Shown here piece after piece: positions 54,731-63,404 of a stretch of DNA of 64,000 nt. The stretch is from Patescibacteria group bacterium (GTDB lineage: Bacteria; Patescibacteriota; Doudnabacteria; UBA920). Each line of letters begins with the position of its first letter. Positions within the stretch are counted from its first letter, which is position 1. The stretch is from positions 3,994 to 67,993 of the forward strand of contig DAIMCS010000002.1 in the NCBI GenBank assembly GCA_036726225.1, read 5' to 3'. The notes under the pieces were generated by a model, which saw nothing but the letters and a program-made list of their open reading frames with translations, was not told the DNA's origin and did no database searches. The position numbers and the translations under genes were made by a program.

Positions 54731-55102
54731 TTGACAGATAAATTTATGATTGAATCTCCCTCCTCATATGAAAATTTAGCAGAATTTCTTCAAGTATCTG
54801 GAGCAAGTCCCGAAAGGATTAATCGTATAAGAGATATGCTAAATAAAGGACATACTTTAGCTTTTTTGGTTACGCCCAATTTTAATATCCATATAGGTAC
54901 GACAGGTATGCATAAGGATATTCCTGTGCGTGGGGAGGTTATGGAAAAGGGCAGGATAGTAGGTTCAAGTAAACAAATTACCTGGGAAACATCAGATAAT
55001 AATAGAAGTGTAGAGATTAATTCTGCTGATTTGCAAAAACTGAGATCCGCCATAAGACAAAAGATAAATAACACTTTAGATTTAACCTTTTATCTGCAAT
55101 AG
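54731..55102 (+). CDS. Hypothetical small protein
   Basis: Complete ORF, no domain recognised. Confidence 0.3.
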   Translation: MTDKFMIESPSSYENLAEFLQVSGASPERINRIRDMLNKGHTLAFLVTPNFNIHIGTTGMHKDIPVRGEVMEKGRIVGSSKQITWETSDNNRSVEINSADLQKLRSAIRQKINNTLDLTFYLQ

Positions 55103-55284
55103 TATTAAATTTATCGGCGGCAGTCATGGCAGCAGGCACAGACGAAATTTTTTGCTATAATTTAAGCATATGTCTGAAGTTTTAAAGTCCCAATACAAAT
55201 ACCGGAAGTAAGAGAAATACAACCTGAGCTTAAAAGGCCTTGTAAAACTTTTGACAGATATAAGCGTTATGTTAGTATATAACT

Positions 55285-55527
55285 ATGGGAAGATATGATA
55301 TAGAAAAATCTTTAAGTTTTTACCTATTTTCCAAACCTGGTTTTAACGAAGGTATGGGTAGAATTTTGGATATGGGTGCTACCTTAGATTCTTACAATGA
55401 GAACCTTACAGGCGCCCAAGCCGATTATAAAGCCTTATTAGCTGATTGGATAACGGTTGGAAATGATATAAAAAATTCTATTCATCAGTATGAACGAGAA
55501 TCAGCAGCAACTTCAAAAGCAAAATAA
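55285..55527 (+). CDS. Hypothetical small protein
   Basis: Complete ORF. Its 3' end overlaps the next ORF. Confidence 0.3.
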   Translation: MGRYDIEKSLSFYLFSKPGFNEGMGRILDMGATLDSYNENLTGAQADYKALLADWITVGNDIKNSIHQYERESAATSKAK

Positions 55528-55921
55528 CAGCTCCTTGAATAGGCAGGTAAGCGTTCAGTTGGAAAGTTTTTCTGGTCCTTTGCCTCCACCGCAAATTCTT
55601 TCAGATTATGAAAGAATCGTGCCAGGATCAGCCGCAAAAATTTTAGATATGGCCGTAAGTCAGTCTGAGCATAGGAAGTCTTTGGAAACTAAAGTGATTA
55701 ATTCAAATGTTAGTAATTCTAAATTAGGACTGTGGTTTGGGTTAGTCATCGGTTTAGTCGGAATAGGGGCAGGAGCTTTTTTGGCCTTGTATGATAAACA
55801 GATAGCTGGCAGTGTAATTGGCGGCGGTTCATTGGCTTCTTTAGTAGGTGTTTTTATTTACGGTTCTCAACAGAGACAAAAAGAAAGAATTCTTAGAGAA
55901 AGAGAATTACAGAAAAAGTAG
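55490..55921 (+). CDS. Membrane protein, possibly DUF2335-like
   Basis: GPLPPPQILSDYERIVPGSAAKIL motif followed by a Gly-rich TM region. Family assignment is from memory and unverified. Confidence 0.35.
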   Translation: MNENQQQLQKQNNSSLNRQVSVQLESFSGPLPPPQILSDYERIVPGSAAKILDMAVSQSEHRKSLETKVINSNVSNSKLGLWFGLVIGLVGIGAGAFLALYDKQIAGSVIGGGSLASLVGVFIYGSQQRQKERILRERELQKK

Positions 55922-55965
55922 TAATAATTAACCTTTAAAAACCACCAAAAGGTGGTTTTTCTATC

Positions 55966-57141
55966 ATGTCATATTTTGAAATTCTAAAAAAAGATCCGGC
56001 ATCAGCAGCAAGAGCCGGGGTAATTCATACGGCGCACGGCGACATTAGCACGCCGGCGTTTTTGCCAATTGGTACCAAAGGCGCTATAAAATCCGTTACA
56101 TCCGAGGAGTTAAAGTTTTGGGGAGCGCAAATAATTTTGGCCAATACATACCATTTGTGGCAGCGGCCCGGGGACGCGCTAATTTACAAAGCCGGAGGCT
56201 TGCACAAATTTATGAACTGGCAGGGGCCAATTTTTACGGACAGCGGCGGTTTCCAGGTTTTTAGCTTGGCTAAAATGCGTAAAGTTATGGAAGCAGGGGT
56301 AACTTTTCAGTTCGACTTAGACGGCAGAACTGAAATTTTGTCACCGGAAAAGTCAGTCCAAATCCAGGCAAATTTAGGCAGTGACATTGCTTTAATTTTG
56401 GACGATTTTCCCGGATATCCTTTTGAATATGAACGGTCAAAGGAATCCATTGGGCTCACCAAAAGATGGGCCCAGCGCGCGGTTAAAGAACATAAAAAAA
56501 TAATGGAGTTTGGCGACCCTATAAACCAGGGCCAGAAATTGTGGGGGATTGTGCAAGGGGCTTCTTTTCCCGATTTACGCGAAAAATCCGCTCGCGATAT
56601 GGTGGATTTTGGCTTTGAAGGTTTTGCCATTGGCGGCGTGGCAGTAGGCGAGCCGCACACCGAAATGATGAAAGCCGTCTCCTATGCCATTCCCCATTTG
56701 CCCGAAAATTCACCCAAACATTTACTCGGCGTGGGAACGCCGTATGATATTGTGCAGGCTGCTGCTTTGGGCTGTGACACTTTTGACTGTGTCATTCCGA
56801 CGCGCGAGGCAAGGCACGGCAGGTTGTATATAAGTACACAGTATACAGCAGACAGTAATCAGAAAGCGGAAGGGTATTCTACTATTAATATAGACAACGA
56901 AAAGTACAGGGAAGATTTTACGCCCGTAGACAACCAGTGTGATTGTTATTTGTGCCTAAACCACACGAAAGGTTATCTCCGCCATCTTTTTGCCACCGGC
57001 GAGCCTTTGGCAATTCGTTTGGCAACAATGCATAATTTGAAATTTTATTTGCGGCTTATGAAAAAAATCCGCACAGCAATCCAGTATGAGCATTTTGACG
57101 AAATGGTAAAGAGTTATAAGGAAATAGGAAATAGGAGTTAG
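55966..57141 (+). CDS. tgt: Queuine tRNA-ribosyltransferase
   Basis: Canonical TGT motifs including the Zn site CDCYLCLNHTKGYLRHL and DCVIPTREARHGRLY. Confidence 0.9.
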   Translation: MSYFEILKKDPASAARAGVIHTAHGDISTPAFLPIGTKGAIKSVTSEELKFWGAQIILANTYHLWQRPGDALIYKAGGLHKFMNWQGPIFTDSGGFQVFSLAKMRKVMEAGVTFQFDLDGRTEILSPEKSVQIQANLGSDIALILDDFPGYPFEYERSKESIGLTKRWAQRAVKEHKKIMEFGDPINQGQKLWGIVQGASFPDLREKSARDMVDFGFEGFAIGGVAVGEPHTEMMKAVSYAIPHLPENSPKHLLGVGTPYDIVQAAALGCDTFDCVIPTREARHGRLYISTQYTADSNQKAEGYSTINIDNEKYREDFTPVDNQCDCYLCLNHTKGYLRHLFATGEPLAIRLATMHNLKFYLRLMKKIRTAIQYEHFDEMVKSYKEIGNRS

Positions 57142-57155
57142 AAATTAGTTTTACA

Positions 57156-57197
57156 AAACCCCCTCTTTATAGAGACAGCGAATTTAGGGGGTTTTTC
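57156..57197 (+). terminator. Rho-independent terminator after tgt
   Basis: aaccccctc...gagggggttttt hairpin. Confidence 0.6.
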
Positions 57198-57199
57198 TA

Positions 57200-57228
57200 T
57201 TGACAAAACACCCCTTTTTTGTTATGAT
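57200..57228 (+). promoter_or_regulatory. Consensus sigma70-type promoter (TTGACA-17-TATGAT)
   Basis: ttgaca at 57200..57205, a 17-nt spacer, tatgat at 57223..57228. Confidence 0.5.
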
Positions 57229-57309
57229 GTTGGGCTTATCTGTTGAATGCTTTTATCTTGGTTTTCAGAAACAGCTACGCAAAAAGAGAAAAAGGAAAGG
57301 GAGGAGTCA

Positions 57310-57807
57310 GTGAAACGAAAGGCTTCAAAGAAAGTAGTGCGCCGGACTGAAATCGTCGAGCTCGATCGATTGACGTTATTTGAGGTCCGCTCTTTGAGGA
57401 AAAAGGAAGAGAAGGCGGCAAAAAGAGCTGGGACGCTGAAAGACAAGCACCAGCGAAAGGTCTACGCAACAGAGGTCTGGTACTTGATTTCGCTCTGCGT
57501 CAAAGCCATGCTCTGGCAGATTGAGCAAGAGGGCCGGAGCAGGTACGATCCTATGACTCTTAGCGGAATCACGGAGCATATCCGTGAACAGGTCGAGGCT
57601 TGGGTTATCAAGATCCGTATAGAGTGCGGCATGGAATTCGATAACCCGTTTCGCCTCTATTCTTCTCACGTAAGAAGAGTTCTGGGGAAAATGAAGGTTG
57701 ACGGCCGCTACTTTCGGATCGAGGGACAGGCTGTGGTCTTACCGGAAGGCGAGAACCTTACACCCTTACTCGATATTCAACGTCGCCACCGCAACAGGAG
57801 CAGGTAA
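57310..57807 (+). CDS. Hypothetical basic protein in a compositionally distinct (higher-GC) single-gene cassette
   Basis: GTG start at 57310 follows a strong SD (aaagggaggag). The track ORF begins at 57247 without an SD. A strong terminator follows. Visibly higher GC than the flanks. Confidence 0.4.
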   Translation: MKRKASKKVVRRTEIVELDRLTLFEVRSLRKKEEKAAKRAGTLKDKHQRKVYATEVWYLISLCVKAMLWQIEQEGRSRYDPMTLSGITEHIREQVEAWVIKIRIECGMEFDNPFRLYSSHVRRVLGKMKVDGRYFRIEGQAVVLPEGENLTPLLDIQRRHRNRSR

Positions 57808-57816
57808 ACCCGCGCA

Positions 57817-57858
57817 AGGGTCGGAGAGATTTCAAACTTCCGACCCGCGCATTTTTTA
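57817..57858 (+). terminator. Rho-independent terminator
   Basis: gggtcgga...tccgaccc hairpin followed by gcgcattttttatt. Confidence 0.65.
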
Positions 57859-57895
57859 TTTGTCCAAAAATAGCGGCTTTGATATAATAAATATT

Positions 57896-59188
57896 ATGCA
57901 AAACAGCGATTTAATGGATAAAATAGTTTCCCTTTGCAAGCGCCGCGGCTTTGTTTTTCCGGGAAGCGAAATTTACGGCGGACTGGCCAACTCTTTTGAC
58001 TACGGCCCATTGGGAGTTGAGCTCAAAAATAATATAAAAAATCTTTGGTGGGAGCGGTTTGTGCATCGCCGTGACGATATAGTAGGCCTGGACGCGGCTT
58101 TAATAATGAATACAAAAGTGTGGGAAGCCAGCGGACACGTCGGCGCTTTTAATGACCCAATGGTGGAATGCAAAAATTGCCACGAACGTTACCGAGCGGA
58201 TCAAATTAATACCAACGAGCCCTGCCAAAAGTGCGGTAAAAAAACTTTTACCGGCGTTAAGCAGTTTAATACAATGTTTAAGACAAATCTTGGCCCGGTT
58301 GAGGACGAAAAATCAACAGTATATTTGCGCCCCGAAACTGCCCAGGGTATGTTTGTGAATTTTAAAAATATTTTAGATACAACCAGAAAAACTTTGCCTT
58401 TTGGTATCGCTCAGATCGGACAGGTGTTTAGGAATGAAATCACTCCCGGGAATTTTATTTTCCGTACGCGCGAATTTGAACAAATGGAAATTGAGTATTT
58501 TGTAAAGCCCGATGAGTGGGAGAAATGGTTTGAATATTGGATGGAAGAACAAAAAGAATGGCTTAAAGAAGTTGGAATTTTTGAGCAGGCGGTCTTTGTT
58601 GAAATCTCGGAAGCCGACCGGGCGCATTACAGCAAACGCAGCGTTGATACTGAATACAAGTTTCCATTTGGCCAAAAAGAACTTTACGGATTGGCTTACA
58701 GAACAGATTACGATTTAGCGCGCCACCAGGAAATGTCCGGCCAAAGTTTGGAATATACCGACCCCCAGACTAATGAGAAATTTTTGCCGCACGTGGTAGA
58801 GCCGACTTGGGGAGTCAGTCGAACATTTTTGGCAGTCTTGTGTTCCGCTTACCGCGAGGAAGAAGACCGTGTGTATTTATCACTTCCGCCAAAATTAGCC
58901 CCGTACAAAGTTGCCGTATTTCCGCTTTTAAAAAACAAGCCCGAATTGGTTACAAAAGCTCGCGAAATTTATCACGATTTACAAAAAGACTTTACGGTTG
59001 CGTGGGATGACCGAGGCAATGTGGGCAAGCGTTATTACAGCCAGGACGAAATTGGCACGCCGTTTTGTGTGACGGTTGACTTTGACTCTTTGGAAGACGG
59101 AAGTGTAACTGTGCGCGACCGCGACACAAAAGAGCAGCCTAGGGTTAAAATCGCAGAGTTAAAAGAATATCTGCTAAATAAAATTTAA
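57896..59188 (+). CDS. glyQS: Glycine--tRNA ligase (alpha2 class II GlyRS)
   Basis: MDKIVSLCKRRGFVFPGSEIYGGLANSFDYGPLGVELKNNIKNLWWERFV. Start chosen at ATG 57896. Confidence 0.9.
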   Translation: MQNSDLMDKIVSLCKRRGFVFPGSEIYGGLANSFDYGPLGVELKNNIKNLWWERFVHRRDDIVGLDAALIMNTKVWEASGHVGAFNDPMVECKNCHERYRADQINTNEPCQKCGKKTFTGVKQFNTMFKTNLGPVEDEKSTVYLRPETAQGMFVNFKNILDTTRKTLPFGIAQIGQVFRNEITPGNFIFRTREFEQMEIEYFVKPDEWEKWFEYWMEEQKEWLKEVGIFEQAVFVEISEADRAHYSKRSVDTEYKFPFGQKELYGLAYRTDYDLARHQEMSGQSLEYTDPQTNEKFLPHVVEPTWGVSRTFLAVLCSAYREEEDRVYLSLPPKLAPYKVAVFPLLKNKPELVTKAREIYHDLQKDFTVAWDDRGNVGKRYYSQDEIGTPFCVTVDFDSLEDGSVTVRDRDTKEQPRVKIAELKEYLLNKI

Positions 59189-59190
59189 AC

Positions 59191-59502
59191 ATGCCCGAAA
59201 ACGAACCTAATTTGAAGGAGTTTTTAAGGAACTCTTTATCTTTATGTATGGATAAGGTTTCGGAAGCGCTTTTAAACAGTGTAGACATAGCTGAAGAGAA
59301 CGAGGACCCTGAATTAACAGATGCTTTAGAAAAGTATCATGACAAAATCTCGGAAGCCAAAGTACTCATTGAAGAGGGTGCAAAAGAAGCAGAATCTAAA
59401 ATAAAAGAAATAGAGGTGGAAGTTGAGGTGATTTTACATTTATTGGAGGAAGAAAAAAATAAGTTCAAGGTCCGCAGGCGCTTTATTAAAAAACCCAACT
59501 AG
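59191..59502 (+). CDS. Hypothetical acidic coiled-coil-like protein
   Basis: Complete ORF, E/K-rich. Confidence 0.35.
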   Translation: MPENEPNLKEFLRNSLSLCMDKVSEALLNSVDIAEENEDPELTDALEKYHDKISEAKVLIEEGAKEAESKIKEIEVEVEVILHLLEEEKNKFKVRRRFIKKPN

Positions 59503-59520
59503 AGAGTTAAATTATTTTAC

Positions 59521-60714
59521 ATGGAAGCTTCCAGGCTTAAAGCACTTCAAAAGACGCTGAACAATCCGATTTTAATTAAGAAAAAAGAAAACCTGCTTTA
59601 TTTAACGGGCAGGAGTTTTATGCACGGGTACTTGCTAATAAAACCCCTCACCCCGGCCCTCTCCCGCAAGGGGAGAGGGGGTGAAGTAGTATTTTTGGGA
59701 GATGGGTTGGAAAAAATTGAAGGCGTAAAGACGGATTTTTTAAAAAATGTGGGAAAATATATTTCAAAAAAAGAAGTTTTGGAAATTTTTGGAGAGTTTA
59801 CTTATGCCGAAGCTAAATATATTAGAGCAAAGAATAAAGATTTAAGATTAAAGATTACAGTCAAGCACGACCCCGTAGACTATCAGCGTGTCATAAAAGA
59901 GCCGGAAGAAATAGAAAATGTGAAAAAGTCCATGCAAATTGTGGAAAGAGTTTTTAAATTGGTAAGAGGCAAACTGAAGGACACGGACGGGAAACGGATT
60001 AACACGGAGATAGGATTGGCAAAATTTATAGAAACATCCGGCTTAAAAATGGGCGCAAATGATTTGGCTTTTCCTGCCATCGTCGCTTCTGGCCCAAACG
60101 CGGCTATTCCTCACCACGTTCCATCTTCCAAAAAAATAAAATCAAACGAATCTATAATTTTAGACTTTGGTTTTAAGTATAAAAATTATTGCTCCGATTT
60201 TACAAGAACAGTATTTTTAAAATCAGCACCCAAAAGATTGGCAGAAGCTTATAACCAAACTGAAAAAGCTTATAATGGATCCATTAAATTCTGTAACACC
60301 CCCTCCCTAACCCTCCCCACGTCGGATGCACTCCGGGGGAGGGAATCTAAGCCTTTCCTCCCCCTTGATGGGGGAGGAATAAAAACCCCCTCTTACAATA
60401 AGAGGGGGTTAGGGGGTGATATTACCGGTAACGATGTTTACCAAAAATCCGTTAGTATTTTAAAAGAAAAACATCTCGAAAAATATTTCATCCATTCCTT
60501 GGGCCACGGGACGGGTTTGGAAATTCACGAACTTCCGAATTTATCACCTAATTCTAAGGATGTGTTAAAAGATAATATGATTTTTAGCATTGAACCCGGA
60601 GTTTATATTCCCAAAGTCGGTGGTATACGCATTGAGGATTTGGTATACTTGCAGGGCGGCAAAGTGAAAAAATTCATTAATATCTCGACTAAGCTAGAAG
60701 ATAATGTCATCTAA
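59521..60714 (+). CDS. M24-family Xaa-Pro aminopeptidase/dipeptidase carrying in-frame GC-rich repeat insertions
   Basis: M24 motifs (IVASGPNAAIPHHVPS, HSLGHGTGLEIHELP, IRIEDLVY). Two GC-rich palindromic elements are embedded in-frame (KPLTPALSRKGRGGE and TPSLTLPTSDALRGRESKPFLPLDGGGIKTPSYNKRGLGGD). Confidence 0.8.
   Translation: MEASRLKALQKTLNNPILIKKKENLLYLTGRSFMHGYLLIKPLTPALSRKGRGGEVVFLGDGLEKIEGVKTDFLKNVGKYISKKEVLEIFGEFTYAEAKYIRAKNKDLRLKITVKHDPVDYQRVIKEPEEIENVKKSMQIVERVFKLVRGKLKDTDGKRINTEIGLAKFIETSGLKMGANDLAFPAIVASGPNAAIPHHVPSSKKIKSNESIILDFGFKYKNYCSDFTRTVFLKSAPKRLAEAYNQTEKAYNGSIKFCNTPSLTLPTSDALRGRESKPFLPLDGGGIKTPSYNKRGLGGDITGNDVYQKSVSILKEKHLEKYFIHSLGHGTGLEIHELPNLSPNSKDVLKDNMIFSIEPGVYIPKVGGIRIEDLVYLQGGKVKKFINISTKLEDNVI
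59644..59686. repeat. GC-rich palindromic element inside a CDS, in-frame
   Basis: cccctcaccccggccctctcccgcaaggggagagggggtgaag, with inverted repeat ccctctcc/ggagaggg. Confidence 0.7.
60298..60419. repeat. Composite GC-rich palindromic element (3 hairpin units) inside a CDS, in-frame
   Basis: Units cccctccctaaccctcccc...gggggagggaat, cctccccc-ttgat-gggggagg and ccccctctt-acaat-aagaggggg. The first unit matches 5330..5364. Confidence 0.7.
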
Positions 60715-61003
60715 TCCCGAATCACCATATATGCAAAGAAATAGAGAAAAAATGACTCCTGAAAATGGTCGTTTACTTATTTCATTGGTTGAATTATCAA
60801 AAAGTGTTTTGATAGAAATTAATGAGTTGGACGAAGCAGATACAAATCAAGCAAGATTATTGGAACGGGGTAAAGATTTAATTCGTGAAATTGGAGAAGC
60901 CGTGGATAGCTTGTCAAATTTAGTTTCTTTATCTTCCGGACAAAGTATTGAATATTTCGAAGATAAAGTCGCTGCTCTTATAAAATCCATAAAAGAATTA
61001 TGA
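60704..61003 (+). CDS. Hypothetical small protein
   Basis: Complete ORF overlapping its neighbours by a few nt. Confidence 0.3.
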   Translation: MSSNPESPYMQRNREKMTPENGRLLISLVELSKSVLIEINELDEADTNQARLLERGKDLIREIGEAVDSLSNLVSLSSGQSIEYFEDKVAALIKSIKEL

Positions 61004-62268
61004 AATTTACAAAAAGAATTTTATCTAACGGTTTAACTATTTTAGAGGTCCCCAGTCAGGACGCCGAAAGCGTAGTGGTGGATTTTTTTGTTAAAACCGG
61101 TTCCAGGTCCGAGACACCCAAAGAAAACGGCATTTCCCACTTTTTGGAGCATTTTTTATTTAAGGGCACTAAAAAGTATCCCACCGCGCTTTCCATTTCA
61201 TCACTCGTAGACAGCATTGGCGGGGAAATGAATGCCAACACCGGCAAAGAACACACCCAATATTACATTAAAGCGGCAAGCAAACAACTGCCGCTTATCT
61301 TCGAAATTTTGACAGAAATGCTGCAAAATCCTTTGCTGGACGAAAAAGAGCTGGAGAGGGAAAAAGGCGTAATTATAGAGGAGATTAATATGTACAAAGA
61401 CACGCCTATGTATGAGGTGGAAAATATTTTAGAGCAAACTATGTGGCCGAAAGACGCGCTGGGGCGGGACATTGCCGGCAGCCGCGGAGCGGTGTCTAAA
61501 TTTAGCAGGGCGATGTTTGTGGATTATATAAATCGGCACTACCAAACTTCCAATATGATTTTAGGAGTTTCCGGCAAATACAATTCCGGCGATTTAAATA
61601 AACTTATTTCCAAATATTGGACAAAATATCCTAAAAAAAGATTTTATGGCTGGCAAAAAGCCCGCGACAAGCAAAACCGACCGCGGTTAGCTGTGCAGTT
61701 TAAACAGACCGAGCAGGCACATTTGTCCTTGGGTTTTAAAGGTTTTGCTTATGGTGACAAACAGAACCCGGCGCAATCGGTACTCTCGGCTATTTTGGGC
61801 GGCGGTATGTCATCCAGGTTATTTATAGAAGTCCGGGAAAGGCGGGGACTGGCATATTACGTTAGGGCAAGCGGAAGCAATTACCAGGATACCGGAGTTT
61901 TTACCGTGGGCAGCGGCGTGCAGGTGGGAAAAATTCAAGACGCTATAAAAGTTATTTTGCAGGAATTAAAAAAAGCCACCGTAACTTTGGCCAATGAAAA
62001 AGAAATGCAAAAGGCAAAAGAATACATAAAAGGCAAAACCACTCTGGCTTTAGAAGACAACCAGGTGCGTTTAGACTGGTTTTTAGACCGCGTAGCCTTC
62101 CACAAAAAAATTGAAAGACCCGCAGAGGCGTTTAATAAAATTGACTCTGTGACCGCAGAGCAGGTTAGGAGTGTGGCGCGGGATTTGTTTAAAAGCAAAA
62201 ATTTAAGCTTAGCGGTAATTGGCCCTTATAAAAGCGAAAAAACTTTTAAAAAGCTTTTAGCTATTTAA
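61000..62268 (+). CDS. M16-family (pitrilysin/insulinase-like) zinc peptidase
   Basis: Inverted zincin motif HFLEHFLFKGT, with ~420 aa typical two-domain organisation. Confidence 0.8.
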   Translation: MKFTKRILSNGLTILEVPSQDAESVVVDFFVKTGSRSETPKENGISHFLEHFLFKGTKKYPTALSISSLVDSIGGEMNANTGKEHTQYYIKAASKQLPLIFEILTEMLQNPLLDEKELEREKGVIIEEINMYKDTPMYEVENILEQTMWPKDALGRDIAGSRGAVSKFSRAMFVDYINRHYQTSNMILGVSGKYNSGDLNKLISKYWTKYPKKRFYGWQKARDKQNRPRLAVQFKQTEQAHLSLGFKGFAYGDKQNPAQSVLSAILGGGMSSRLFIEVRERRGLAYYVRASGSNYQDTGVFTVGSGVQVGKIQDAIKVILQELKKATVTLANEKEMQKAKEYIKGKTTLALEDNQVRLDWFLDRVAFHKKIERPAEAFNKIDSVTAEQVRSVARDLFKSKNLSLAVIGPYKSEKTFKKLLAI

Positions 62269-62326
62269 AGTGTATTAGTTGTGGATAATTTAGAAAATCA
62301 ATCTTAATTATGGTAAATAATTTTTG

Positions 62327-62355
62327 TTGACACATAAATTTTATTCGGTTAATAT
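62327..62355 (+). promoter_or_regulatory. Consensus sigma70-type promoter (TTGACA-17-TAATAT) driving a ~100-nt structured leader that ends in a terminator-like hairpin
   Basis: ttgaca at 62327..62332, a 17-nt spacer, taatat at 62350..62355. Downstream lie hairpins ccgcaag...cttgcgg and aaaccgg...gcggtttttt (~62440..62470). Confidence 0.45.
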
Positions 62356-62809
62356 AAAAATCTAACTAAATATAGTAGACCCAAGATCCGCAAGTTAGTA
62401 TATGGTCGCCTTAAGCTTGCGGGAAGGTCAATGGCGAAACCGGACAAGAGATTTGTGCGGTTTTTTGTTTATTAGTTGGTTTGAGAGGGGGTGAAATATA
62501 TGAATGAGTATAATTATGCGGACGACCGCAGTATGGAAAAAGACAAGAACGAACTTGATTATGAGAGCGTAGGTAAAGAATAAATAAATTCCTGCCTTTT
62601 GTTGGAGGGCTAAGGCGGTTTAGAGGGATAAAAGCTAGTATGGCAATATTACAGAAGCGCCTTTGGGCTAAAAGAGCCCGAGGCCGAGCCAAAAAGGAAT
62701 TACTTGTTGAAATTTATGGCTTGTAGAGCATTTATAAGGAGGCGGGAGTCTCCAGGAAATTTTTGGAGACTCCCATTTAAAAAACTAACGGTAATTAATT
62801 TCTAAAGGG

Positions 62810-63097
62810 ATGGATATTATTTTTCAAATTATTTTTGGCGGTTTTACCGGCTGGATGCTCTCAAAAAGAACACAAATTAGCGTGCTATACGTTATATTTG
62901 GTGTAAGTGGGGCAATGTTTTCCAGTTTGTTAATGAATGTTTTAAACTTGCCGGGGGTTTATGGCTACAATGTTTACAGTTTTTTTGTGGCCATGAGCGG
63001 AGCCGTTTGTATTATATTAGCCGGACATTTTTTTTATAGTTTTTTAAGAAGGTCAAATTTTTTAACTGAACGACGTTTAGTTCCAAGAGAAAATTAA
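62810..63097 (+). CDS. GlsB/YeaQ/YmgE-family small membrane protein
   Basis: IIFGGFTGWMLSKR...GVSGAMFSSLLMNVL: two to three Gly-rich TM helices typical of this family. Confidence 0.55.
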   Translation: MDIIFQIIFGGFTGWMLSKRTQISVLYVIFGVSGAMFSSLLMNVLNLPGVYGYNVYSFFVAMSGAVCIILAGHFFYSFLRRSNFLTERRLVPREN

Positions 63098-63112
63098 TTA
63101 GCTTTTTAGGGG

Positions 63113-63355
63113 GTGATATTTATGTCACAAGAACAAGTAATGCAGCCGCTCTTTGGAGGAATTTCAGATCAGGATATTAATGAGCTGGAGGAGCTGCATT
63201 TGGACCATAAAATGGAAACGGCAGAAGAGAATGTTGCCCGTTTTAGTTTGTTGGGCAACCATATAAGTAAATTGTTTGCTTTAAAATCACATAGCTTGCA
63301 CGCTGCGGCAGAAATTAAAGCCAGGCAAAATAACAAACTTAAAGAAGAAAATTAA
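63113..63355 (+). CDS. Hypothetical small protein
   Basis: ORF with a gggggtga SD upstream. Confidence 0.3.
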   Translation: MIFMSQEQVMQPLFGGISDQDINELEELHLDHKMETAEENVARFSLLGNHISKLFALKSHSLHAAAEIKARQNNKLKEEN

Positions 63356-63404
63356 AATTAATTAGCAGTTAACAAAAATTTAATTGCTAAAGGAGCGAGT
63401 GGTT

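Noticed and set aside
57236-57860. Possibility that the GC-rich cassette is a structured RNA (tmRNA or RNase P RNA) rather than a protein gene.
   Set aside because: No GGGG 5' acceptor/3' ACCA pairing, no tRNA-like T-arm (the 3' hairpin has an 8-bp stem and 13-nt loop followed by a T-tract, i.e. a terminator), and no recognisable RNase P conserved blocks. A GTG start with a strong SD and an uninterrupted 165-codon frame fits a CDS better.
62360-62475. SRP (4.5S) RNA or a known riboswitch in the leader downstream of the consensus promoter.
   Set aside because: Could not find the SRP domain IV consensus or the motifs of the small riboswitch classes (preQ1, fluoride, guanidine, glycine) by eye. 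Kept only as an unclassified leader or attenuator.
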